From Rhodothermales bacterium (lineage in GTDB: Bacteria > Bacteroidota > Rhodothermia > Rhodothermales > JANQRZ01), in NCBI GenBank assembly GCA_038232935.1, contig JBBSMX010000003.1:6443-70442 (forward strand): a stretch of 64,000 bases of DNA, in the 5' to 3' direction. The translations under genes were made by a program, and so were the position numbers. Of the stretch, positions 49,627 to 57,317 are shown piece after piece; position 1 is the stretch's first letter, and each line of letters starts with the position of its first letter. The notes below the pieces were generated by a model. That model saw nothing but the letters and a program-made list of their open reading frames with translations, did no database searches and was not told where the DNA came from.

Positions 49627-50445
49627 TCAGCTGGCGAGGCGGAGCGAAGAGGAGAGCAGGGCGGCGGTCTCGCGCCGAAGCTGGCGGAGGGCGTCGCCAG
49701 GGTGACGCGCCCGCATAAACGTCTCGCCGATGAGGACGGCGTCGATCCCCTGACGGTAGAGCATGGCGAGGTCGGTGGCATTGCGCAGGCCGCTTTCGGC
49801 TACCCGGACGATTCGTTCTGGTACATCGGCAAGCACGCGTGGGGCGCGCTCCACGTCCACCTCGAACGTCTTCAAGTCGCGGTTGTTGACGCCGAGGATG
49901 TTCACCCGGTCGAGGTCCACGGTTGCCAGTTCGGACTCGTCGTGAAGTTCCACGAGGCACTCCATCCCGAGGTCGGTCGCCGCGTCGTGGAGGTCGCAGA
50001 GCTGCACGGGGTCGAGTGCGGCGGCGATGAGGAGGACGGCGTCCGCGCCGTACGCCCGCGCTTCGACGAGCTGATACGGGTCGACGATGAAGTCCTTCCG
50101 CAGCAGCGGCAGATCGGTCCCGAGACGGACTTTCGCGAGGGTGTCGAGCGATCCCTGGAAGTGGGTCGGCTCGGTGAGGACGGAGACGGCGGCGGCACCG
50201 GCCTGCTTGTAGGCCCGCGCCGTATCGACGGGGTGAAAGTCGGACGCGATGACGCCCTGCGACGGCGACGCCTTTTTGATCTCGGCGATCACGGCGAGTT
50301 CGCCGTCGCGGCGGAGCGCGCAGGCGAGCGAGAGCGTCGGGGCGCGGAACGCCGGGCGCGCTTCGAGCGCGGCGAGGGGGACCTCCGATTTTCGGCGGAG
50401 GACGAGGGCGCGGGTGTCGGTGAGAATCTGGTCGAGGATAGTCAT
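49627..50445 (-). CDS. trpC: Indole-3-glycerol phosphate synthase
   Basis: VIAEIKKASPSQG, LRKDFIVDPYQL, VNNRDLKTFEVD, ESG. Confidence 0.95.
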   Translation of the reverse strand: MTILDQILTDTRALVLRRKSEVPLAALEARPAFRAPTLSLACALRRDGELAVIAEIKKASPSQGVIASDFHPVDTARAYKQAGAAAVSVLTEPTHFQGSLDTLAKVRLGTDLPLLRKDFIVDPYQLVEARAYGADAVLLIAAALDPVQLCDLHDAATDLGMECLVELHDESELATVDLDRVNILGVNNRDLKTFEVDVERAPRVLADVPERIVRVAESGLRNATDLAMLYRQGIDAVLIGETFMRARHPGDALRQLRRETAALLSSSLRLAS

Positions 50446-50460
50446 GGCTGGAGCAGCATA

Positions 50461-50535
50461 AGCGAGCGGAGGGAAGGAGCGGACGGGTCAGGCGGGGCGC
50501 CCGTGGCGCCATCGCCCGCTCGTAAATCGCTCGCT
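50461..50535. repeat. Word-repeat hairpin in the trpD-trpC spacer
   Basis: agcgagcgg...gagcggacggg / cccgctcg...cgctcgct, with a central GGCGCC-containing palindrome. The 115-nt spacer is the only large gap inside the trp operon. Confidence 0.5.
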
Positions 50536-50560
50536 GTGAATCTGCTCTCGGGACATGGGA

Positions 50561-51604
50561 TCAGGCCGCAGTCGCGGCGTACGCGTTGGAGGCGTCGACG
50601 AGGGCGTCGAGCTTGGCGAGGGCCGCACCGGAGTCGATGCTTTGGCGGGCGGCGTCGAGGCAGGCGCCGAGCCAGCCGTGCTGGCCGCTGGCGAGGAGGG
50701 CGTAGGCCGCGTTCAGAAGCACGATGTCGCGCTGCGGCCCGGCTTCACCCTTTAGAATGAGGCGGACGATCTCGGCGTTCTCTTGCGCCGTCCCGCCCGA
50801 CAGTTCGGAGGCACGGACGCGGCTGAGCCCGTAGTGCTCCGGCGTGACGACCTGCTGCATGAGCGTCTGCGCGCCGAACGGGTCGAGCTCGCTGCCCGTC
50901 TGGTAGACCGTCGTCGGGCTCGTCGTGCTGAGTTCGTCGAGCCCGTCGTGGGCGTAGATGCAGACGACGTGCTCACTCCCGAGGCGGACGAGGATCTGCG
51001 CCATCAGCTTGGCCGTGGCATCGCTGAAGGCGCCGACGAGCTGGCGCTTCACGCCGGCCGGGTTGCAGAGCGGGCCGAGGATGTTGAAGAACGTCCGCAC
51101 GCCGAGCGTCCGCCGGATCGGCATGACGTGTTTGAGCGCCGGGTGGTAGAGCGGGGCGAAGAGAAACGCGATCCCCGCCTCGCGCAGGCACGCCTCCACG
51201 CCCTCCTTCCCGAGCGACGTGTCCACGCCGAGCGCGGCGAGCACGTCCGCCGAGCCCGCGTTCGACGAGACGGCGCGGTTGCCGTGCTTGGCGACGATGA
51301 CGCCCGCGCCCGCCGCGACGAACGAGGCAGCCGTCGAGATGTTGAACGAGCCGGCGTGGTCGCCGCCCGTCCCGCACAGGTCGATGGCGCCCTCCGGCGC
51401 TTCGACCGAAACGGCGTACTCCCGCATGACGCGCGTGAAGCCGGTCAGCTCGTCGAGCGTCTCGCCCCGGCTGCGGAGGCCGAGCAGGAGCGCGGCGATC
51501 TCCTCGGAGGAGACCTCGCCCTTCAGCAGCAGGTGCATCACGGCCTCGGCCTGCGGCTGGGTGAGGGTGTCGCCTTCGGCGATGATCTGGAGGTACTCGC
51601 GCAA
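50561..51604 (-). CDS. trpD: Anthranilate phosphoribosyltransferase
   Basis: DLCGTGGDHAGSFNISTAASFVAAGAGVIVAKHGNRAVSS, FNILGPLCNP. Start TTG 51604 (MREYLQII...) inferred; no ATG is available after the trpG stop. Confidence 0.88.
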   Translation of the reverse strand: MREYLQIIAEGDTLTQPQAEAVMHLLLKGEVSSEEIAALLLGLRSRGETLDELTGFTRVMREYAVSVEAPEGAIDLCGTGGDHAGSFNISTAASFVAAGAGVIVAKHGNRAVSSNAGSADVLAALGVDTSLGKEGVEACLREAGIAFLFAPLYHPALKHVMPIRRTLGVRTFFNILGPLCNPAGVKRQLVGAFSDATAKLMAQILVRLGSEHVVCIYAHDGLDELSTTSPTTVYQTGSELDPFGAQTLMQQVVTPEHYGLSRVRASELSGGTAQENAEIVRLILKGEAGPQRDIVLLNAAYALLASGQHGWLGACLDAARQSIDSGAALAKLDALVDASNAYAATAA

Positions 51605-51627
51605 AACAGGGAGGGCTGGAGGAAGAG

Positions 51628-52215
51628 TTAAGAGATGGGAGCGAAGGCGTCGACGCGTTGGAGCCAGTTGGCGATGAGTTTCGGCCCCTCGACGGTCAGC
51701 ACGCTTTCCGGGTGAAACTGGATGCCCTCGATGGGGAGGTCGCGGTGGCGGAGGCCCATGATGACGCCGTCGTTGGTCTCGGCTGAGACCTCGAGTTCGT
51801 CGGGCAGCGTCTCGCGCTCGACGGCGAGCGAGTGGTAGCGCGTGGCGATGAAGTCTTGCGACATACCCTCGAAGACCGTCTGCCCGTCGTGATGGATGGG
51901 ACTCGTCTTTCCGTGCATCAGCGTCGGCGCGTGGACGACACGCCCGCCGAAGACCTCGCCGATGGCCTGGTGCCCGAGGCACACGCCGAGGATGGGCGTC
52001 GTCTCGCCGAACGTGCGGATCAAGTCCTCAGAGATCCCGGCGTCGGCGGGTCGGCCGGGGCCGGGCGAGATGAGGACCGCGCGCGGGGCGAGTTCGCGCA
52101 CCTCGTCTACGGTCATCACGTCATTGCGGACGACGCGGTATTCGTCCGTGTGCGCGCCCACGAGGTGGACGAGGTTGTACGTGAACGAGTCGTAGTTGTC
52201 GACGATGAGGATCAT
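51628..52215 (-). CDS. trpG: Anthranilate synthase component II (glutamine amidotransferase)
   Basis: MILIVDNYDSFTYNLV, ISPGPG, GVCLGHQ, QFHPES. ATG 52215. Confidence 0.92.
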   Translation of the reverse strand: MILIVDNYDSFTYNLVHLVGAHTDEYRVVRNDVMTVDEVRELAPRAVLISPGPGRPADAGISEDLIRTFGETTPILGVCLGHQAIGEVFGGRVVHAPTLMHGKTSPIHHDGQTVFEGMSQDFIATRYHSLAVERETLPDELEVSAETNDGVIMGLRHRDLPIEGIQFHPESVLTVEGPKLIANWLQRVDAFAPIS

Positions 52216-52216
52216 G

Positions 52217-53539
52217 CTAGCGCTTGTCCATTTCTTTGTTGGGGCGCTGTGCATCTGCCGTACGTAACGAAGTGCTGCGGGCACTAGTCTTCTTGGCTAA
52301 CCGAGCCTTCAGTTTTTGATTCTCGACGTTCTGCTTCTGGATCATAACGTTCTGCTTCTTGATCACGCGCAGTAAAGCGTCTCGATTCATCTGTTGTGCG
52401 GCTTCTTCTTCCTCATACCGATCTGCAATCTGCTGAGCCTTCTCGAGACCGGCCAACCTCTTTTGCATTTGAGCTTTGAGTAGATCTAGTTCGAGGAGAT
52501 CCTTCTCAAGCTTGCGCTCTAACTCAATACCTGGATAAAACTCTTTGCGTAGTCCCACGTGCTCGCGGACGCGCTCCATGATCGGGGCGGCGGCTTCGTG
52601 GGCTTTGCGGGCGCCGTCGCGGAGTACGTCGCGGACGTAGTCGGGCCGCTCGGCGAGTTCTTTCCGGCGCTCGCGGGCTTCGGCAAACTCGTCGGTGATG
52701 AGGCCGAGTAGCTCTTTTTTGGCGTGGCCGTAGCCATAGCCGCCGGCGCGGTACGCCGCCGCGATTTCCTCGCGCTTCGCGTCGTCGGCGAACAGCTTGA
52801 TGAGGGCGAACACGTTGTCGCGCTCCGGGTCCTTCGGCTCTTCGAGCGGCGTCGAATCGGTGACGATGGACATCACCTTCTTCTTCAGCTCCTTGCCCTC
52901 GTCGAAGATGCCGATCGTGTTGCCGTACGACTTCGACATCTTCCGCCCGTCGAGGCCCGGCACGACGGCGACGTCCTCCAGGATCAGCGGTTCGGGGACC
53001 GGGAAGAGCGGCGCGTCCTCGGGGCAGAAGGTGGCGTTGAACTTCTGCGCGAGGTCGCGGCTGATCTCGATGTTCTGCTTCTGATCGGCCCCGACCGGCA
53101 CGAGGGTCCCGCCGTAGATCAGGATGTCGGCCGCCTGCAGGACAGGGTACGTGAAGAGCCCGCCGTTGGCCGTGACCCCCTGCGCGACTTTCTCCTTGTA
53201 CGCCACGCCCTTTTCGATCTGGCTCACGGGCGTCAGGCAGAGGAAGATCCACGCGAGCTCGGTCACCTGCGGCACGTCGCTCTGGAGGAAGAGCGCGGCC
53301 TCGTCGGGGTCGAACCCGAGCGCGAGGTAGTCGAGCGCGACGTCGCGGCTGTACTGCTCCAGCGCCTCGCGGTCCCGCAGCGACGTGAGGGCGTGGTAGT
53401 TGACGATGAAGTAGTACGCCTCGTGCTGCTTGTGCAGCGCGATGTGCTGGCGGAGCGCGCCGAAGTAGTTGCCGAGGTGGAGCGTCCCCGACGGCTGGAT
53501 GCCGGAGACGACCACGTCGGTGGGGGAGGGCGCGGACAT
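52217..53539 (-). CDS. trpS: Tryptophan--tRNA ligase with ~108-aa low-GC coiled-coil C-terminal extension
   Basis: GIQPSGTLHLGNYFGA (HIGH-type) and GRKMSKSYGN (KMSKS). The core ends near ...VREHVGL (~52545). Positions 52217-52545 encode KLEKDLLELDLLKAQMQKRLAGLEKAQQ...KKQNVMIQKQNVENQKLKARL at visibly lower GC. Confidence 0.9.
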   Translation of the reverse strand: MSAPSPTDVVVSGIQPSGTLHLGNYFGALRQHIALHKQHEAYYFIVNYHALTSLRDREALEQYSRDVALDYLALGFDPDEAALFLQSDVPQVTELAWIFLCLTPVSQIEKGVAYKEKVAQGVTANGGLFTYPVLQAADILIYGGTLVPVGADQKQNIEISRDLAQKFNATFCPEDAPLFPVPEPLILEDVAVVPGLDGRKMSKSYGNTIGIFDEGKELKKKVMSIVTDSTPLEEPKDPERDNVFALIKLFADDAKREEIAAAYRAGGYGYGHAKKELLGLITDEFAEARERRKELAERPDYVRDVLRDGARKAHEAAAPIMERVREHVGLRKEFYPGIELERKLEKDLLELDLLKAQMQKRLAGLEKAQQIADRYEEEEAAQQMNRDALLRVIKKQNVMIQKQNVENQKLKARLAKKTSARSTSLRTADAQRPNKEMDKR

Positions 53540-54120
53540 CAGCGGGGCTCCGTGTGGATGGCGGGCTGCTCCATCGCGCCGGCGTGGTGCTCGTCGGGAT
53601 GGATGTGCACGGGCGTCGCGGTGGTCTCGTCGACGGGCACGGGTCGGGCGGGCCGGCGCATCCGGGTCACGATCGGGTGGAGCACGTTGATGCGGGCGTC
53701 GCTGCCGGTGACGTTGTTTTCCAGAATCGCCGTCGTGCGAAGCTGCTGGTGCGCCATGCCGAGCGTGTCGTTGAGCGCGTCGCGGTAGGCCCGCTCGGCG
53801 TCGTCGAGGGCGTACATGATCTCGGCATCGGTGTCACCGAGGTGGACATCGGGGTCGAGGTCCGTGCCGTTGGGCGGGTCGCCGGCGAGCGAGAACACGG
53901 TCTCCTTCAGCTTCGCAAGCTCGGTCCGCGCCCGGTTCATGCCGTCGTTGAGCTGCGCGGCGAGGTCGCGGTCGCCGAGGTCACGGATGGCGGCATCGTA
54001 GGCGTGGAGGAGGGCGTGGTGTCGCCGGATGAGCGGGTTGAGCGCGTCAACGCTCTCGGCGCGCGTCATCGAGCGGCCGGCGCCGCCCCGGTTCATGACG
54101 GACTGGATGAGGGGATACAT
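53539..54120 (-). CDS. Hypothetical helical protein (193 aa) between trpE and trpS
   Basis: ATG 54120 (MYPLIQSVMNRG...). The stop overlaps the trpS ATG by 1 nt (TGATG). Helical repeats are vaguely reminiscent of four-helix-bundle (DUF2383-like) proteins. His/Pro-rich tail. Confidence 0.55.
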   Translation of the reverse strand: MYPLIQSVMNRGGAGRSMTRAESVDALNPLIRRHHALLHAYDAAIRDLGDRDLAAQLNDGMNRARTELAKLKETVFSLAGDPPNGTDLDPDVHLGDTDAEIMYALDDAERAYRDALNDTLGMAHQQLRTTAILENNVTGSDARINVLHPIVTRMRRPARPVPVDETTATPVHIHPDEHHAGAMEQPAIHTEPR

Positions 54121-54146
54121 GGCGTGTGGGGGAGGGTGGAGGAGGA

Positions 54147-55673
54147 TTAGAGGAGCCCGTCGGCGGCGACGCGCATGGCGTCGAGGAGGGCGCGGGCTTT
54201 GGTGCGGGTTTCTTCGTATTCGAGGCCGGGGTCGCTGTCGGCGACGATACCGGCCCCGGCCTGGATGAACGCGGTCTCGCCACGGATCAGCATCGTGCGA
54301 ATCGCGATGCACGTGTCCATGTTTCCTGAGAAATCGGCGTAGCCGACGGCCCCGGCGTAGACGCCGCGCTTGACGGGCTCTAGCTCGTCGATCAGTTCCA
54401 TCGCGCGGACCTTCGGCGCGCCGGAGACGGTGCCGGCCGGGAAGCACGCCGCGAGCACGTCCATCGCCCGCTGCCCGTCGGCGACCTCGCCGGAGACGGA
54501 CGAGACGAGGTGCATCACGCGGGCGTAGCGCTCGACCGTCGCGTAGCGCTCCACCTCGACCGTGCCCACGCGGCAGGCGCGCCCGAGGTCGTTCCGCCCG
54601 AGGTCCACGAGCATCAAGTGCTCGGCCCGCTCCTTCGGGTCGGTGACGAGCTCCCGTTCGAGCGCGGCGTCTTCCTCGGGCGTTTCGCCGCGCCGCCGCG
54701 TCCCGGCGATGGGCAGCACCTCGGCCCGCCGGGTGCCGCCCGCCGTGCCTTCGACGCGGACGAGCACTTCGGGCGACGAGCCCGCGAGCTGGAAGCCGTC
54801 GAAATCGAGGAAGAAGAGGTACGGCGAGGGGTTCACCTGTCGGAGCGCGCGGTAGAGGTTGAACGGGTCGCCCTCGAACGGGAGCGCGAACCGCTGCGAG
54901 AGGACGACCTGGAAGATGTCGCCCTCGACGATGTGCGTCTTCGCTCGTCGCACCGACGCTTCGAAGTCCTCGCGTGTGACATTCGACTGCGGATCGCGGT
55001 CGCGGAGGGTGACGGGCTCGGGGAGGGTGATCGGTCCCGTCGTCAGCTCGGCTTCCAGCACGTCGAGCCGGGTGCGGGCGTCGTCCCACGCCGCATGGAG
55101 GTCGGTAGCGTCGTCCACGAACACGGTCGCCATCAGCACGAGCCGGCGGGCGACGTGGTCGAAGGCGGCGACGGTGTCGTAGAACGCCCACAGCGCGTCG
55201 GGCAGGCTGAGGTCGTCGGGTGGCGGGTCGGGGAGGCGTTCGAGCAGGCGCACGGCGTCGTAGCCCATGAACCCGACGGCCCCGCCGGTGAAGCGCGGCA
55301 GCTCGGGCAGCACGATCTCTTCGTAGGCATCGAGCAACTGCGCCATCACCTCGAACACGGTGCCCGCGGCGGTCTGCGGCGGGGCGCCATCACCCATCGC
55401 CAAGTCGCCGCCGTGTCGCACCCACACGTTCTCGCCGCACGCCTCGACGATCCGGTACGGTCGCGTACCGAGGAACGAGTACCGCCCGAGCCGCTCGCCG
55501 CCTTCGACGCTTTCGAGCAGGAAGCTGAATCGGCCCGGCTCGCGGAGGGCGAGGAAAGCCGCGACCGGCGTCAGCAGGTCGGCGCTGCGTCGGCGGTAGA
55601 CGGGGACAGCCAGCCGCCGCGCGCCGGCACGGCGTCGGTCCTCGACGAGGGAGTGGAAGGTCGGAAAGTCCAT
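54147..55673 (-). CDS. trpE: Anthranilate synthase component I
   Basis: LLTPVAAFLAL, FLLESVEGGERLGRYSFLG, GAPKVRAMELIDELE, RGVYAGAVGY. ATG 55673 (MDFPTF). Confidence 0.95.
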   Translation of the reverse strand: MDFPTFHSLVEDRRRAGARRLAVPVYRRRSADLLTPVAAFLALREPGRFSFLLESVEGGERLGRYSFLGTRPYRIVEACGENVWVRHGGDLAMGDGAPPQTAAGTVFEVMAQLLDAYEEIVLPELPRFTGGAVGFMGYDAVRLLERLPDPPPDDLSLPDALWAFYDTVAAFDHVARRLVLMATVFVDDATDLHAAWDDARTRLDVLEAELTTGPITLPEPVTLRDRDPQSNVTREDFEASVRRAKTHIVEGDIFQVVLSQRFALPFEGDPFNLYRALRQVNPSPYLFFLDFDGFQLAGSSPEVLVRVEGTAGGTRRAEVLPIAGTRRRGETPEEDAALERELVTDPKERAEHLMLVDLGRNDLGRACRVGTVEVERYATVERYARVMHLVSSVSGEVADGQRAMDVLAACFPAGTVSGAPKVRAMELIDELEPVKRGVYAGAVGYADFSGNMDTCIAIRTMLIRGETAFIQAGAGIVADSDPGLEYEETRTKARALLDAMRVAADGLL

Positions 55674-55706
55674 AAAAAAAGCCCGCTGCTCGGGAGAACA
55701 GCGGGC
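55674..55706 (-). terminator. Attenuator terminator (segments 3:4) abutting the trpE start codon
   Basis: Minus strand: gcccgctgttc-tccc-gagcagcgggc (11-bp stem incl. one G-U, 55706-55681), then UUUUUUU (55680-55674), then ATG (55673). Confidence 0.85.
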
Positions 55707-55729
55707 GGCGACATCGTCGTGCTCGAAGG

Positions 55730-55861
55730 TTACGCGACGGCGCACGAGCAGCCCACTGTTCGGGGGGAGGTCCACCAGAACCAGACAGCGTGGGCGGTAT
55801 GGGCGTGCGCGTGCGTCACAGCCCCCATGATACGCAGAAGGTCTCTCCGGCGCAACCGCAT
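55730..55861 (-). CDS. trpL: Trp operon leader peptide (43 aa; or 32 aa from internal ATG 55828)
   Basis: Own translation of the minus strand: MRLRRRDLLRIMGAVTHAHAHTAHAVWFWWTSPRTVGCSCAVA*. Trp codons at 55783-55781, 55777-55775 and 55774-55772. Too short for the ORF track. Confidence 0.7.
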   Translation of the reverse strand: MRLRRRDLLRIMGAVTHAHAHTAHAVWFWWTSPRTVGCSCAVA

Positions 55862-55916
55862 CTTTTCGGGAGCGGCTTCGAAAGAGGGGGCACCGAATCA
55901 CCCTATCTCATCCTCG

Positions 55917-57176
55917 ATGAACCGCCTGCTCCACGCCGGCCTGCTGCTCCTGCTCGCCGCTCCCGCCTTCGCTCAAACGTCCGACGGCTACGTCCGCATC
56001 CCGTTTAATGTCTCGATCTGGCGCGGCATCAGCATCGGCGATGCCGTGGCGGGGGACACGAGCCGGACCGTGCTGCACCACGTCTCACTGAACCTCCCGT
56101 ACGGCCAGGCGGACCGACTGGAAGGCGTCGCCGTCGGCGTGTTCGCGACGGTGTACGAGGAGTCGGCGTACGGTGTGCAGGTGGCCGGGCTGGCGAACGT
56201 GGTAGGGGAGGAGGCCGAAGCGATTCAACTTGCCGGGCTGGCGAATGTGGTCGGTGAGCGGATGCGCGGCGTGCAGGCGGCGGGGCTCGCGAACGTCATC
56301 GGAGAGGAGGGTGGGTTCGTACAGGTGGCCGGGTTGGCGAACGTCGCCGGGGAGGGGTTCGGCGGGGTGCAATCGGCGGGTCTCACCAACATCGCCGGGG
56401 AAGACTTTCTCGGGGTGCAGGCTTCCGGACTGGCGAACATCGCGGGCGAGCGGACTGCGGGCGGGCAGTTCGCCGGGCTGGCGAACATCGCCGGGGAAGC
56501 GATGGTCGGGATCCAATCGGCGGGGCTAGCCAACATCACGGGAGAAGACCTGGTGGGTCTGCAAAGCGCGCCGTTCAACATCGTCGGCGGCACGCTGCGC
56601 GGCGTGCAGGCGGGCGTCATCAACGTGGCGGACGAGTCGGCGGGGCTGCAACTGGGTATCGTGAACGTGGCCGGTGAGCAGCGGGGAATTCCCGTTGGGC
56701 TGTACTCGCGGACGGGCGGCGTGCCGGTGCGGCTGGACGTGTGGACAGACGAGACGGCGGCGCTCCACGTCGGTGTCCGGTCCGGGAGCGTGACGGTCTC
56801 TAACTACGCAGGCATCAGCACGCGGCCCTTCGCCGACGCGGCGTTGCGGTGGGGTGTGTTCGCCGGACTGGGCGTAGAGGGCACGCTCGTGCCGCGCGTG
56901 GCGTGGGGCCTGGACGCCTTCGTCCACGGGCTGTTCGCCGAGGACTTTGGAGAGTACGGGGGCACGCTCGTCCGCCTCCGCTTCATCGCGACGCGCGTCG
57001 TCAGTCGGCGGGCCGCCGTCTTCGCCGGTCCCGCCGTGAGCCTGTTCGTCTCCGACGAGAACGATGGCGGCGATCTCGCCCCGTTCTCGCTCTACGAAGA
57101 CGCCATGGACGACGGCTTCGTCCGCATCTGGCCCGGCCTCGAAGCCGGCCTCCGCATCCGCATCACCGACGATTGA
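55917..57176 (+). CDS. Secreted repeat protein (16-aa AGLANxxGExxxGxQ repeats + C-terminal beta-rich domain)
   Basis: MNRLLHAGLLLLLAAPAFAQ signal. Eight near-identical 16-aa repeats (VAGLANVVGEEAEAIQ / LAGLANVVGERMRGVQ ...) plus about 3 degenerate ones. ATG 55917 within the long ORF 54510-57176. Confidence 0.8.
   Translation: MNRLLHAGLLLLLAAPAFAQTSDGYVRIPFNVSIWRGISIGDAVAGDTSRTVLHHVSLNLPYGQADRLEGVAVGVFATVYEESAYGVQVAGLANVVGEEAEAIQLAGLANVVGERMRGVQAAGLANVIGEEGGFVQVAGLANVAGEGFGGVQSAGLTNIAGEDFLGVQASGLANIAGERTAGGQFAGLANIAGEAMVGIQSAGLANITGEDLVGLQSAPFNIVGGTLRGVQAGVINVADESAGLQLGIVNVAGEQRGIPVGLYSRTGGVPVRLDVWTDETAALHVGVRSGSVTVSNYAGISTRPFADAALRWGVFAGLGVEGTLVPRVAWGLDAFVHGLFAEDFGEYGGTLVRLRFIATRVVSRRAAVFAGPAVSLFVSDENDGGDLAPFSLYEDAMDDGFVRIWPGLEAGLRIRITDD
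56181..56564 (+). repeat. Coding tandem repeat, 8 x 48 bp
   Basis: Period derived from the protein repeats. Antisense ORFs over the region also show periodic PGDVRQPG-type translations. Confidence 0.8.
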
Positions 57177-57222
57177 CCAAACCAGTGAAACGGTTTGTGT
57201 TTGTGAACGGACCTTCAGACAA

Positions 57223-57292
57223 GTCATCCCCGCGCAGGCGGGGACCCAGAGTCGAAGCTAGCCGGTGGGTTCCTGCCTTGATCGGGGATGAC
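57223..57292. repeat. 70-bp MITE/REP-like element with perfect 10-bp terminal inverted repeats
   Basis: gtcatccccg (57223-57232) ... cggggatgac (57283-57292). The inner arms caggcggggaccc / gggttcctgcc also pair. Confidence 0.7.
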
Positions 57293-57317
57293 TCTCTTGT
57301 GAAGGATATCCGCATCT

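Larger units (their letters stand above)
55674..55861 (-). promoter_or_regulatory. Transcription attenuator of the trp operon (leader ORF + alternative hairpins)
   Basis: Segment 2 gaacagtgggc (55761-55751) is complementary (11 bp, one G-U) to terminator 5' arm gcccgctgttc (55706-55696). Segment 1 gcccacgctgt (55795-55785) can pair with segment 2. Confidence 0.75.

Noticed and set aside
55674-55901. In-frame 5' extension of trpE (ORF-track start 55901, MIRCPLFRSRSRK...).
   Set aside because: The extension would read through the terminator hairpin and U-tract and has no TrpE similarity. MDFPTF at 55673 matches the usual TrpE N-terminus. The region is better explained as the leader/attenuator.
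54510-55916. N-terminal 469 codons of the 888-aa plus-strand ORF 54510-57176.
   Set aside because: This part is antisense to trpE and to the trp leader and has no protein-like features. The real gene starts at ATG 55917 with a clean signal peptide.
56181-56564. Regular 48-bp tandem repeats that could be mistaken for a CRISPR array.
   Set aside because: There are no unique spacers between the repeats. The units are contiguous and in frame, and they encode a 16-aa protein repeat within a signal-peptide-bearing ORF.
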